Shown here: one piece after another, positions 48,848 through 59,227 of the stretch | How positions within the stretch are numbered: the stretch's first letter is position 1 | Layout: every line of letters starts with the position of its first letter | From: Limnochordia bacterium | GTDB lineage: Bacteria > Bacillota > Limnochordia > DTU080 | Direction: 5' to 3' | Assembly (NCBI GenBank): GCA_050951545.1 | Contig: JBMNJG010000011.1 | Location: forward strand, 32,001-96,000 | Length of the DNA: 64,000 nt | Position numbers and translations under genes: made by a program | Notes under the pieces: generated by a model | Database searches by the model: none | Told to the model about the DNA's origin: nothing | What the model saw: only the letters and a program-made list of their open reading frames with translations

Positions 48848-50188
48848 TCACTGGTGCGCGCCGGGCAGAGCCAGCCCAGCCCGACTGAGTGGGAAAGGGG
48901 GCATAGCCAAGGGCTTTACCGCCAGCGAGAGTAGGAGCAGCTCGTTGTCATCGGCAGCGATTCTGTTGGAGGCCAGCGTGCCGCATTCGCTGCAGCGATG
49001 AATCACAGCCCACTCCCCGCCATGTCTAATCCAGATCGCGATGGGCTCCATCTGCCCTTCGCAGTACGACGCCCTATCGCCGGGTCGTCTGTCGAGGTGC
49101 ACACTCCACAGGCAGTGGGGGCAATGGTTGCGGTGGCGGGTACCTGCCCCTTCTGGGACTACGTGGGCCCCGCAGTGCGCGCACTCAAAGGAGCTGTCGC
49201 TGCAACTGTCCGCATGGGTGTGGCGCTGCTGGGTGGCCTCGCCAGTGTCTGCGCCACAGAGCAGCTTCCGGTAGCTCTCATAGCGCAGCCGAGGGATGGC
49301 TCCCTGGCTTACTCCGGCTTTCACCTGGCAACCGGGTTCGCCCACATGTGTGCAGTTGCCGAAAGCACACTGACCAGCATAGGGCGCAAACTCCGGGTAG
49401 TATTGCTGTAGTTCGCAGGCTGTTACATCACCCAGACCGAACTCGCGGAAGCCTGGGGTATCGATGACTCTTGTGTTGGGGCCGAGTTGCAGAAGGGTGG
49501 AGACCGTGGTGGTATGCCGCCCTTTTCCATCTGCCCCGCGCACCGCGCCGACTCGCTGCTGCACCGAGGGATTGAGGGCGTTTAGCAGCGAGCTCTTTCC
49601 TACTCCGCTATGACCGAGCAGCACCGATGTCTTGCCGCACAGCAACCTCAGCAATGCGTCAAGCCCGAAGCCAGTGTGCGTTGAGCATGCCAGTACGGGG
49701 ATCCCTAGTTTCCTGTAGGGCTGAAGAACGGCTAATTCGGTTTCAAGCGCGTGATCATCGAGCAAGTCCACTTTGTTGACGCATACCGCTGGCTCAAGTC
49801 GACCTCGATAGACCGCTACAAGGCAACGGTCGATGAGCCGTGGACGCAAGGGCGGGGCGACAACAGAGACCACAATGACTGCTAGGTCTGCGTTCGCCGC
49901 GATGGCTCTTTCCGTGCTCAAGTGGGGGTCGGCCCGTGTAAGCACCGTGCGCCGAGGCCGGGTCTCCACCACGGTATACTGTTCTGACATTCTGGCAACG
50001 ACGACGTTGTCGCCTGTCACTGGTTTTGTCATGGCCTTCTCAGCGTCACGACGCAGGGAACAGGTCACTAACTCGTCCTTTAGAGCCACTCGCCAACTGT
50101 GGCCATAAGTGGCTACCACTAGGCCCTCCTCCAGCACGGTGGCTGTATGCTTTGCTTTGGCCGTAGTCTTAGGGGAATGCTTAGCCAA
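48848..50188 (-). CDS. rsgA: RsgA-type circularly permuted GTPase fused to RNHCP domain
   Basis: NKVD, GHSGVGKSS, GRHTT, DTPG, CAFGNCTH..EPGC; C-terminal HRNHCPHCLWS...NRIAADDN. Confidence 0.9.
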   Translation of the reverse strand: MAKHSPKTTAKAKHTATVLEEGLVVATYGHSWRVALKDELVTCSLRRDAEKAMTKPVTGDNVVVARMSEQYTVVETRPRRTVLTRADPHLSTERAIAANADLAVIVVSVVAPPLRPRLIDRCLVAVYRGRLEPAVCVNKVDLLDDHALETELAVLQPYRKLGIPVLACSTHTGFGLDALLRLLCGKTSVLLGHSGVGKSSLLNALNPSVQQRVGAVRGADGKGRHTTTVSTLLQLGPNTRVIDTPGFREFGLGDVTACELQQYYPEFAPYAGQCAFGNCTHVGEPGCQVKAGVSQGAIPRLRYESYRKLLCGADTGEATQQRHTHADSCSDSSFECAHCGAHVVPEGAGTRHRNHCPHCLWSVHLDRRPGDRASYCEGQMEPIAIWIRHGGEWAVIHRCSECGTLASNRIAADDNELLLLSLAVKPLAMPPFPLSRAGLALPGAHQ

Positions 50189-50483
50189 CTCTTGTCCTCC
50201 TCGAATGCATGAACTACGGGGTTCAACGACAACAGCCGTAGGCGCGTGATCCTGCGCCTACGGCCGAGGAGAACACAAAGACCGTCCCTGTGGACGGCCC
50301 GAGTATCAAGGCAGGTGGTGGTGGTACACAGCTGACCTTCAGGCTTCCCTCGAGACGAGGCGCAGAGCATATTCTACCTGGCGGTAGACAAGCACAATGA
50401 CCGTATCCATACTCTACGTCTCTCCTCGACTGTCTGAGATCTCCTTGCGCACCCATTATAGATTCCGGTTGCCCTGGCGTCAA
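50189..50483 (-). promoter_or_regulatory. Promoter and putative leader-peptide attenuator of rsgA-RNHCP
   Basis: TTGACG-17-TATAAT (50483-50455); uORF 50410-50339; hairpin GGCCGTCC-ACAG-GGACGGTC+TTTGTGTT; second long hairpin. Confidence 0.65.
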
Positions 50484-50616
50484 CAGGGCAATCGGCTATC
50501 TTGGCACGCAAGCCGTACTTACGAATAGTCAAGCCTTCTCATTCCCTCCGATCGCGCATCACCGTATATATGTGTTGCCAAGAGGCAAGCCCCAGAGTCT
50601 CAGGAGGTGCATGCAA

Positions 50617-51138
50617 GTGGGATTCCAGTCGCCGCAGTTTGATTTCATCGACAACCGGTTTCTCCATCGGCGGATCAAGACCCTTGAGGTAATCTGCTCG
50701 GAGCAAGTGCAGGCCACGCTTGATGATCCGATAGGCCCCAACCCCATCGGTGGTATTCTCGACCCTTCAACAGGTGAGTTGCTCCCCGGTCTGAGGATCG
50801 TCGTCACCGACATCGACCCTGGCGTGGGTGTAGTACCCAACAAGGTATGTAACGTGTTCGTGATCTCCTTCCAGATCGTTAACCCTTCCGGCGTGGTTCT
50901 GCTCGGAGCCACTGCGACGGTGTCAGATGCAGTGCGTTGTCCTGGCGCAGGTACGGGCCCTGGACAGACGGTGGTCCAGAAGCACGATATTCAGGTTGGC
51001 TTCTGTCTGATCCCTGTCGATACCAACGAGGACGGCATCTTCGACGCCTTCTTCATCACCCTTGACATTGAGTACTGCCTAGTCGTAGCCAAGGAGACCG
51101 TTCTTAAGATCAACGCCGCGGCTCCCTTCTGCCCATAA
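50617..51138 (+). CDS. Cys-rich hypothetical protein, tandem copy 1 (possible spore coat/SPOCS-like)
   Basis: AGGAGG RBS, GTG start aligned with the paralog, DTNEDG motif, ends in PFCP. Confidence 0.7.
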   Translation: MGFQSPQFDFIDNRFLHRRIKTLEVICSEQVQATLDDPIGPNPIGGILDPSTGELLPGLRIVVTDIDPGVGVVPNKVCNVFVISFQIVNPSGVVLLGATATVSDAVRCPGAGTGPGQTVVQKHDIQVGFCLIPVDTNEDGIFDAFFITLDIEYCLVVAKETVLKINAAAPFCP

Positions 51139-51227
51139 CGACAATACCAGGCAGAGGGTCCGACACGAGGCGGGGCGGACCAGGTGGCCCGCCTCGCAAG
51201 CCCCAAACCTTCAGGAGGTGCATATGA

Positions 51228-51749
51228 ATGGGATTTCAGTCGCCGCAGTTTGACTTCATCGACAATCGGTTCATGCATCATCGGATCAAGACCCTTGAGG
51301 TAATCTGCTCGGAGCAAGTACAGGCCACACTCGATGACCCTCTGGGCCCGTTTGGCACGAGCGGTATACTCGACCCCTCAACAGGTGAACTGCTCCCCGG
51401 CCTGAGGACAGTCGTAACGGACGTTGATCCCGGTGTAGGCGTGAAGGCCAACAAAGTGTGCAACGTGTTCGTAGTCGCCTTCCAGATCGTCAACGCCACT
51501 GGTGCCGTACTGCTGGCGGATACCGCGACGGTGTCAGATGAGGTACCTTGCCCTGGCGCAGGTATAGGCCCTGGGCAGACCGTAGTGCAGAAGCATGACA
51601 TCCAGATTGGTTTCTGCCTGATCCCCGTCGACACCAACGAAGACGGCATCCTCGACAGCTTCTTCATCACCCTTGACATTGAGTACTGCCTTGTGGTGGC
51701 GAAGGAGGCCATCCTCAAGATTAACGCCGCAGCTCCCTTCTGCCCATAG
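51228..51749 (+). CDS. Cys-rich hypothetical protein, tandem copy 2
   Basis: Highly similar to copy 1 over the full 173 aa. Confidence 0.75.
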   Translation: MGFQSPQFDFIDNRFMHHRIKTLEVICSEQVQATLDDPLGPFGTSGILDPSTGELLPGLRTVVTDVDPGVGVKANKVCNVFVVAFQIVNATGAVLLADTATVSDEVPCPGAGIGPGQTVVQKHDIQIGFCLIPVDTNEDGILDSFFITLDIEYCLVVAKEAILKINAAAPFCP

Positions 51750-51838
51750 CAGCAACACTGGGCCAAGGGATACGCACGAAGCAGGGCGGGTCAGGTGGCT
51801 GGCCCGTCCTCTTATGGTTAGGTATCCTCACACTAGTA

Positions 51839-51874
51839 GAGGCCCCTGGTGGAACCCAGGAGCCTCAGCTTTTC
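51839..51874 (+). terminator. Intrinsic terminator
   Basis: GAGGC-C-CCTGG...CCAGG-A-GCCTC hairpin followed by TTTT. Confidence 0.55.
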
Positions 51875-51977
51875 CAGCCGTGTTCCTCTGACACCAGTTG
51901 ATCCGTGGTCCTAGCGTGCTTTGCCCCGCGGGGTCCTAACCACTGTGGTGACCCGCACTCCTTGCGCTGCGGCACTC

Positions 51978-52913
51978 CTAGTCCCCGCCCCGGGGCCAGA
52001 CGAAGCCACTGAGCCGACGGCTCCTTGCCCGGGCTGGCAAACCCGTCGGTGGCTGCGCTGGCCAGGACGGCAGAGATGCAGGTAGCACCCCCCCGGCCTG
52101 TGCGCTTCTTTCTGTACTGCGAGAGGTTGGCGGGTCTACACGCATCTGCATCACCGGGACGACGCGCACAGGGCGAGGGGAGGCCTGGCGTGTTGGCGCC
52201 TCGGTCTCGGCTCTCTCAACCTCTGGGGGCTCTGGCATCGCCTCAGCGGGCTCTGCTGGTCTGGCTTCTGTAGACGCTGGCGAAGCCGATTCGAAGGCCG
52301 CGTCTCGGTCTCTCCTCACAAATGGGGTTGCTTCTTCCACCTGAGCAGCAGCGACTTGCTCACTGTGCCAAGCGGCTAGTCCCGTCGCTATGCCCTCTGC
52401 AGCTCTACTGATCCAATCTGCACTCTTCAGCAGGGCCTCGTCTTTTCGGCTCGAGATATGGCCTAGCTGGACTACGATGGCAGGGACACGGGCTCCTTTC
52501 ACTTCTAGCAGGCCGAGCACTGGCACAATACCCAGATCGGATAAGCCTCCCGATGATAGCACCAGGTTCTTTTGCACGGATTGCGCCAACAGAGCACTGA
52601 AGCCATCACCGCGGGCGTAGAGCGTACTGATACCGTCGACGCTTTCATCGCTGGCCTTCCCACAGTGCATACTGACGAAAGCCTCGCTACCGGTCGCATT
52701 GGCCCTGGTTACCCGAAGGCGCCGGTCCTGCGAGGCGTCTTCTGACAAGGCGCTGTCGTCTTCACGGGTGAGCAACGCTTCGTGCCCGAGCTGTGCGAGC
52801 TTGTCCCGCAAGCTAAGGCATGCAGTGAGTGCCGCATGGGCCTCACTAAGCCCCGTTGGTCCCATCACCCCAGGGTCTTCTCCACCGTGTCCTGGGTCCA
52901 AACACACCCTCAT
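51978..52913 (-). CDS. N-acetylmuramoyl-L-alanine amidase (Amidase_3)-like protein with Pro/Ala-rich tail
   Basis: LDPGHGGEDPG, LTRE, R...AN, FVSMH, PAIVVQLG. Confidence 0.88.
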   Translation of the reverse strand: MRVCLDPGHGGEDPGVMGPTGLSEAHAALTACLSLRDKLAQLGHEALLTREDDSALSEDASQDRRLRVTRANATGSEAFVSMHCGKASDESVDGISTLYARGDGFSALLAQSVQKNLVLSSGGLSDLGIVPVLGLLEVKGARVPAIVVQLGHISSRKDEALLKSADWISRAAEGIATGLAAWHSEQVAAAQVEEATPFVRRDRDAAFESASPASTEARPAEPAEAMPEPPEVERAETEAPTRQASPRPVRVVPVMQMRVDPPTSRSTERSAQAGGVLPASLPSWPAQPPTGLPARARSRRLSGFVWPRGGD

Positions 52914-52951
52914 TTTCTCACTCCTCTGCCAATCCTTCTGTCACACAGGTC

Positions 52952-52979
52952 ATCATATGAGAGGCATTGGTGGTTGGTC
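52952..52979 (-). promoter_or_regulatory. SigK-like sporulation promoter
   Basis: Minus strand GACC-16-CATATGAT matches the AC-N16/17-CATAnnnT consensus. Confidence 0.5.
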
Positions 52980-53053
52980 CGAGCCTAGTCCAGTACTGGC
53001 GGGCGAACCTACCTTCAGGGTGTGCTTGGTGTCCACGGTCATGTCAGGATGCC

Positions 53054-56000
53054 TCATCTTTGGCGGTGTGCCGCTAGGAGGTTATCGATGAGCATTGCCG
53101 CGTTAGCGGGATTTTGGCTGCCGAACATCTCGTGTCCGCCACTGTAGCCCAAGTTGGAGCTGGTGAGATACAAGATGCCCTCGCCTATGTCCAGGCGTAG
53201 CAAATAGGATAACAGTTCGTCGTTGCTCATGCGCATTCTGGCCATTACCGACCAGGCATCGGTCAACGGACGGTAGCCTGACGATGGGGTGAGCCTCTTC
53301 TCAATCACGGTGCTCAGTGCATGCGGCTGGCGCTGCCAACCACCGTTGTCATGCCACGCGGTGACTCGGTTGGGGTGAATACCCCAGCCACCCCACTGCA
53401 CGGCTGCCCCTGGACCGAACCATCTTTCGAAGGGTATGGCCCCAGTAGCGGCCATGAGTACCATGCCGCCCTTCTGAAGAAAGGGTCCCAGATGGTCGTT
53501 CGCAAACTCGTCGGATAACCTGGATCCGGAGGGATGTCTTAAGACGACGACATCAGCGCCTCCTCGTAGGGCGGAAATAAGTTCCGCTTCTCCTATCGGT
53601 ACCTTGGCGGTCGTGAAGCCCAATTTGGCCAGTTCGGCTCCCAAAGCATCTGCGCGCATCGGATCGCCCTTGCCACTGACATCATACAAGAGCAGGCGCT
53701 TTTGCTCGGGAATGGTTTCTACCAGCGTTACTGTGCCAAAACCAGCTGTGTTGTGGTACGAGGCATCGGGCCAGCCTGTGTTTGGACGGCGACTCGCTCC
53801 TGACCGCTTGAAGGACATTTTCCAAGAGAACGGTGGGAAGCCCTTTGCCGCCTGCTGGCGCTTAATGCCAAACGACTCAAATGGTAGCTCGACATCGAGA
53901 ATCCATGCGGACTCACCGATACTGGTCTTAGCCGTCCAGACCGGGTCGCAGGATGTGTCGAAATCCATCGTGCCATCTGAGCGGGCGTCGTAGCGTACCC
54001 CCTTGGCGTTAGCTACCATGTGGAAATAGGCGGCGGGATGGTTCGGATCAGCTAAGAAGAACTCAATGCCGTCGTCCCCGAACATGCTGGCATCGTGGTG
54101 CTCACCTGTAATCCTCAGTTGCTCGATCTGCGCATCGTGATTGACGAAACGCAGGTAGAGCGCTCTCTCGTCCCACAGAGCGTATGCGTCGGTTGCTTCA
54201 AGAGCATCAGTGCCCTGGTTGTCTTCGAACGAGGGCAGTCGAGCGGCGTGCTTCCACGCAGGATCGTCGGCTCGCCCGTCCATGGCAGGCTTGACGGTAG
54301 CCAGGGGCGCATAGACTGCAAAACGTGCGGCTCTTCCCTGCTGGAGGAGATAGTCCTGGCGCCACTTGTCCAGCATGGCTGCTTCTAGCGTGATCTGAGC
54401 CTCGATGCGCTCGCGCGTTTCGGCGTCGTTAACGCTCCCCAGGGCCTGACGTGCCAGCTGAAAGTACCCATCGGCCTTCTGCAAAAGCTCGCTTGAGATG
54501 AAGGTGCTCGCAAAGCCCGAGGGCGGCTGCAGGAAATAGGTCAGTTGCTGGGGATTCGAGCGCCAGGCGTGATCCATCAACTCGTAGTAGGCAGCCATTG
54601 CGTTCGCTGCTGGTCCGAAGACGTGCTGTGCCCAGTCGCGCATGATCTCAGATGGTTTGATCTCGGTATTCCACATGGCTTGGGCCGCAGCATATAGCGG
54701 CATGCGGTTTGTCACCCAGTTTTGGTTCTGAGGCAACGTGCCAACCGGCCAGCCGAAGGGGGTAACCTCTGAAGTCCAGCCCTTTAGGCCCTGCTGTTGG
54801 GCCCAGGCGATCTCCTCGACGATGAGCGAAGTAATAGGCGAAAGCATTCTCTCATTGAAGTTGATGAACTGGTAGCCGCGGATGCCCACTGGCACTCCTA
54901 GGTCTTGCCAGGCCTTGATTTCTTCCCTGACTTTGGCGTTCGAAGCGTCGGTGATCGGTTTGGTGTAGTTGATGTTGTACGTCGTATAACCAACCATATC
55001 GAACGGGGCGACTTCGGTGGGCACATCGCGATAGGCTTGGTAGGCTAGAGTCTCGTACTTTTTTCCGGGATGAGTCTGGTTGACCAGCTCGATCACGGTT
55101 CTGGAGAACTTCTGCCAACGAGTACTGACATCGGGGGCATAGGCCAGGCAATCGTCGCACTCGCAGAAGTGAGTGTGGTCTGCACCAAAGAATCTAACAC
55201 GGTCAATCTCTGGGTTGCGGTCCCACCACTGAGCGATCACTTTGGCCAGGGCTTCTTGCACACCTGGGTTGGACCAGCACAGATGCGGTGGATGCGAGGA
55301 GGGCTTTTGGCGCCGGCCGCCATACTCGGCCATGTACTCCGGATGGGCGTTCAGCACTGCCTGCGGGAGCACGGCGTTATGACCGCCTATGACGACCTGG
55401 AACCCCCGTCTTTTCATTGGGGGAATCCGCGAAGCTGATCCCTGCAGGTTGTGCACGTTCATCCGGTTGCGCGCCATCCAGATCAGGGTGCTCTCATCAT
55501 AGTGTGGGCTGTTGATCGCCAGCGAGCGTACCTCAAGGCTTGGTATGTGCCGGAGATCCAGCTCCTCAATGGCAATGCGCTCTTGTTGCGGCACATACTC
55601 GCCGCTCAGACCCGGCCAAAACCAACGCATGCCCAGGCACTCTTGCAGAAACGTGTAGGTCGCATAAAGCGCTGCCCGCGGCGTGGGCCCAGCCAGAGTA
55701 CAGCAACTCACCGCTTCTGACAACGCGCACCTCTGTCTGGGTTGTCGGCTGCAAATAGGTCAGCAGTCTCGATGGCGGTAGAGCTCTGCGGCGTGCCAAT
55801 GAGTATGTGGAAAGGAAGACCTTCCTGCGGCTGGTCAGTGATAGGCACTTTTGCTCCACACATTTTGTGAAGGGCGCGCTGTAACTCTTCCGCGGCATAC
55901 TGCTCGGGACCAGCGGCCGCTGCACCTACGACGATCTGCGCTTGGGGCTGTCCATTGCCGGCCACTACGAAGCTGCTGCCGGGGCTCGCCGCTTTTACGG

Positions 56001-56061
56001 CGACAGATGGCAGTAGCAAAACGGCGATGGAACCGAGCCAGACCAAATGATACCTGAGCAT
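53054..56061 (-). CDS. DUF4838 domain protein with CBM9-like module; frameshift near 55715
   Basis: Signal peptide, AAEELQ, ALYATYTFLQECLGMRWFWPG, LCWSNP, CECDDC, AYQAY, CBM9-like DGIEFF; two overlapping ORFs. Confidence 0.75.
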
Positions 56062-56087
56062 CTCAGACCTCCTCAGCATTGTCCAAT

Positions 56088-59012
56088 TCAGTAGTTGTAC
56101 CCTGTGAAGACCACTTTGCCGATCTGAACGGCTTCCTTGGCGATGGCGTCAGAGAGCGTGAGTCGGAACTGGTTCCATGTGCTATCATCCCTATCCAGGA
56201 AAAGCTCGATCTCCAGGCGATCCCATTCAGCGCTATCCTTTGTGCGTAGCTGTGAGTAGGGCACCCGCTGCCACTGATCGCCACAGGCCGATACCTCCAA
56301 GAAAAGGCCTTTTTCAATCGGAGTGTTGGGGTGTGCGTACAGTGTTATCGTGGCATCTCTTAGATGTGGCGTCTCCCAAATCAGGTATTCGGAGGCGTCA
56401 GTGGCTCTGACCAGGCGCTCGCGATCGCCAAAAAAGAGCTCCGGTTGATCGGTTGCGTATATCCAGCCCTCGGAACGGCTGGCTGTGTCGAGGTAATCGA
56501 ACGTCTCAGAAAGACCGAACCAGGCGTAGGTTGCTGGCGGGCGCATGTCCTGCACCAACTCCCACAGGTTCTCCACCACAATCTTCAGTGACTGGCGAAA
56601 CGGCCCCCACTCCTGGTGAATGACCCCCACTGTGACAGTGTGAGGACCCTCTTCCAGCGTACGAGTATCGATCTCTAGTTCATCCGGTTGCGGGAGCTCC
56701 GTTCCTTCGTAGAGGATGTTACCATCTATGTCGATGGTCACTTTGGTGAGAGCAGCCTCATGTGCAGCATGTAGAAGCGAGATCTCGAGGGGGATGACCC
56801 CTGATACTTTGGCGCCCTCACGCGGTGAACCAAATCGCATCCGTACGGTGGGGTGCTCGGGCAACCGTTCGTAGAGCATGTCCATGTAACCGCCAGTCCG
56901 AGCTCTTGCCAAGAGGGTCGCACCCCAAGTGCCATACCAGGCGTAGCCCGATTGCCGTTCTTGGTCAATCTCAGAGATGTCGTAACGGATGATACCATCT
57001 CTCCCAACGAAGATGGGACGGTTCGTACCGATCTCGTAGAAGCGAGCCCAGCGATCATCAGGAAGCCGGACCTCCTCCAACCACTCCAGTGCGCAGAGAA
57101 TGGCTTGCGACACTTCGGGCGAAGGATCTGGAATGGACTGTAGCAGCTGCACGATACCCACCGACTCGCCTCCCGAGATAGCCGCAGGTTCGAAGACGCG
57201 GTAGGGCCGCGGTTCATAGGAGAAAGGATCGTGTTGCTGTCCCCAGGCAGTGAGACGACCATCTACCTCGATTTGTGCTTTCAGGATGAAGTCCACAGCC
57301 TTCATATAGGCTTGGTCAAGGCGCGCCTTGTAGACATCCGTGATAGATCCAAAGGGAGGTCTGCCCTGTAGAATGTCTTGAATGAAGTGCATTACCTCAG
57401 CCATGGCATCGTCATTGAAGGTCACGTAGATCCCATTGCCTTTGGGATCGGGGAAGTCATTCGGCCAACCGCCGGATGGATATTGGGCAGCGAGAAGGTA
57501 ATCCAAGCCTCGGTAGAAGCCCTCTACGTAGCGTTGCTCGCCTGTCGCTTCGTACACCCTGGCCAGGAAGCGCATGGGGTTGAGGGTACCGTTTCTTCCA
57601 GGACGCCCTCGCTCGATCTCCCCCAGAGCTGCTCCTGTGCGAGTCATATTCCCGGGCGAATAAGGCAGAACCGCCCACGCTTCGTCCCTAAACCACCCTC
57701 CACTGGGCAACTGCCACGTCAGAAGGTTGTCACCAATGTACACTGCTTCCTCCGACTGCCACCACGACGGGCTGCGCGACGCATAGTCTGCATACCGAAA
57801 GCGTTTAATGCTTTCCTTTGTCGGAATACGAGCCATGGCTGTCTCTAACGCAGAGTAGTCTAGTGCGGAGATAATGTCGGTATCGAAGGGAGGACGCTGG
57901 TTTGAGATGTCCCCTAGCAACGACGGAATGGCACTCCATGTCGCTTGGGCGTACATGTCTAGGTGCAGATCGCGGTTCTTGTACTTGGGGTAGACTGTCG
58001 GCCAGCCACCACTGGCATACTGGGCTTTTAGGAGAGTATCTAGACCCTTGCCAAAGGCCTCTTTGTATCTCGGTGCGCCAGTTGTGGCATATATGTGAGC
58101 CAACACGCTTAGTTGGGTGGCCAGTATGCCGTCTGGTACGGTTAGCGCGGCCAAGGGGATGTCAATGGTGATCTCATCAGACTTCATCCTGTGGACAATG
58201 CGCTCTGCAAGAAACTGAGCCTCATCTGTTTTCCACCACTCTGGGGGCCGCTGAGCCACATCGCTGTACTCAATCCAGATGGGACCAGCTTGCTCGGCCC
58301 TCCGACGCAGATCCTCCTCAGCATTGGGCCCAAGGCTCCACACCTTTACATCCCCATAGACGAACTCACCCTTGACCGCTTGGCTCTGGGCGAAGACCAG
58401 CTCAGCACCAGCCCATGAGTCAATGGCTCTGCCAAAGGTCAACGGTTCACTGAGCGGCACCTGCATGTCGTTAAGGTGAAAGACGACTTCCTGTTTTTCG
58501 ATATCGGCTACAAGACGGATGCGGTTCCAGCCCTCTTGGAGCTTCCCGAGCATGACCGCACTCCGCTGTGCCCCAACCCCTTGGTTGAAGTACAAGTGGT
58601 CAGCAGCGACCCACCAGTGTAGCCGGTGACTGCCCGCTTTGCTGATATACATATTGTTCTTTTCCTGTGAAGATCGAATGCGGTGTTCGATCACGATGGT
58701 CTTGGCTTCATGTGCTGGCGGATCCGACAACGGAGCACTGATAGACGTGTTGTTCAGCTTCGGATCGGATGTGATGCGGACTGCTCGCCCCGTGTTTAGT
58801 TCGGCAGCAGGGACGACGGTGACATGTCCGGCTCCGGCGTGAATGGTCCATCCTGCAGGTGGATCCCCAAACTGATCCTCGGCAAAACGATCTGTGAACA
58901 GGAGTCTCGCAGCAGAAACCGCCGACTCCTGGGCGAGCGAGTTATATCCCAGAAAACTGATTAGCACGGCAGTGAGGATGACCGAGACAGCAACCTTTTG
59001 AACACTTGGCAT
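56088..59012 (-). CDS. Multidomain pectate lyase (PL10/PelA-like)
   Basis: WQLPSGGW, AQYPSGGWP, TFNDDAM, WGQQHD, R.FEP, ES, WARFYE, ERQSGYAW. Confidence 0.85.
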   Translation of the reverse strand: MPSVQKVAVSVILTAVLISFLGYNSLAQESAVSAARLLFTDRFAEDQFGDPPAGWTIHAGAGHVTVVPAAELNTGRAVRITSDPKLNNTSISAPLSDPPAHEAKTIVIEHRIRSSQEKNNMYISKAGSHRLHWWVAADHLYFNQGVGAQRSAVMLGKLQEGWNRIRLVADIEKQEVVFHLNDMQVPLSEPLTFGRAIDSWAGAELVFAQSQAVKGEFVYGDVKVWSLGPNAEEDLRRRAEQAGPIWIEYSDVAQRPPEWWKTDEAQFLAERIVHRMKSDEITIDIPLAALTVPDGILATQLSVLAHIYATTGAPRYKEAFGKGLDTLLKAQYASGGWPTVYPKYKNRDLHLDMYAQATWSAIPSLLGDISNQRPPFDTDIISALDYSALETAMARIPTKESIKRFRYADYASRSPSWWQSEEAVYIGDNLLTWQLPSGGWFRDEAWAVLPYSPGNMTRTGAALGEIERGRPGRNGTLNPMRFLARVYEATGEQRYVEGFYRGLDYLLAAQYPSGGWPNDFPDPKGNGIYVTFNDDAMAEVMHFIQDILQGRPPFGSITDVYKARLDQAYMKAVDFILKAQIEVDGRLTAWGQQHDPFSYEPRPYRVFEPAAISGGESVGIVQLLQSIPDPSPEVSQAILCALEWLEEVRLPDDRWARFYEIGTNRPIFVGRDGIIRYDISEIDQERQSGYAWYGTWGATLLARARTGGYMDMLYERLPEHPTVRMRFGSPREGAKVSGVIPLEISLLHAAHEAALTKVTIDIDGNILYEGTELPQPDELEIDTRTLEEGPHTVTVGVIHQEWGPFRQSLKIVVENLWELVQDMRPPATYAWFGLSETFDYLDTASRSEGWIYATDQPELFFGDRERLVRATDASEYLIWETPHLRDATITLYAHPNTPIEKGLFLEVSACGDQWQRVPYSQLRTKDSAEWDRLEIELFLDRDDSTWNQFRLTLSDAIAKEAVQIGKVVFTGYNY

Positions 59013-59227
59013 GGTCACACGCCCCTTTCGTGTTGGCTGTTTCAGCGGCACGACGTTCTTCGCACCGTGATAACAGGGTTCCTGCGTCGCGATCTATTCT
59101 TCCTGTTGTTTCGTTAGTAAGAAGCTCAGGGGGATCGCCGCTAGTCGGCTTAGCCAAAAGAGGAGCAGGAGAGGGGCATCAAGACTAGAATTGCGGCTAT
59201 GGCAACTTAGACCAAGATCAGTTAGGG

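Noticed and set aside
50585-51810. DGR template/variable repeat pair
   Set aside because: Differences are not adenine-specific, both copies are full genes, and no reverse transcriptase is present
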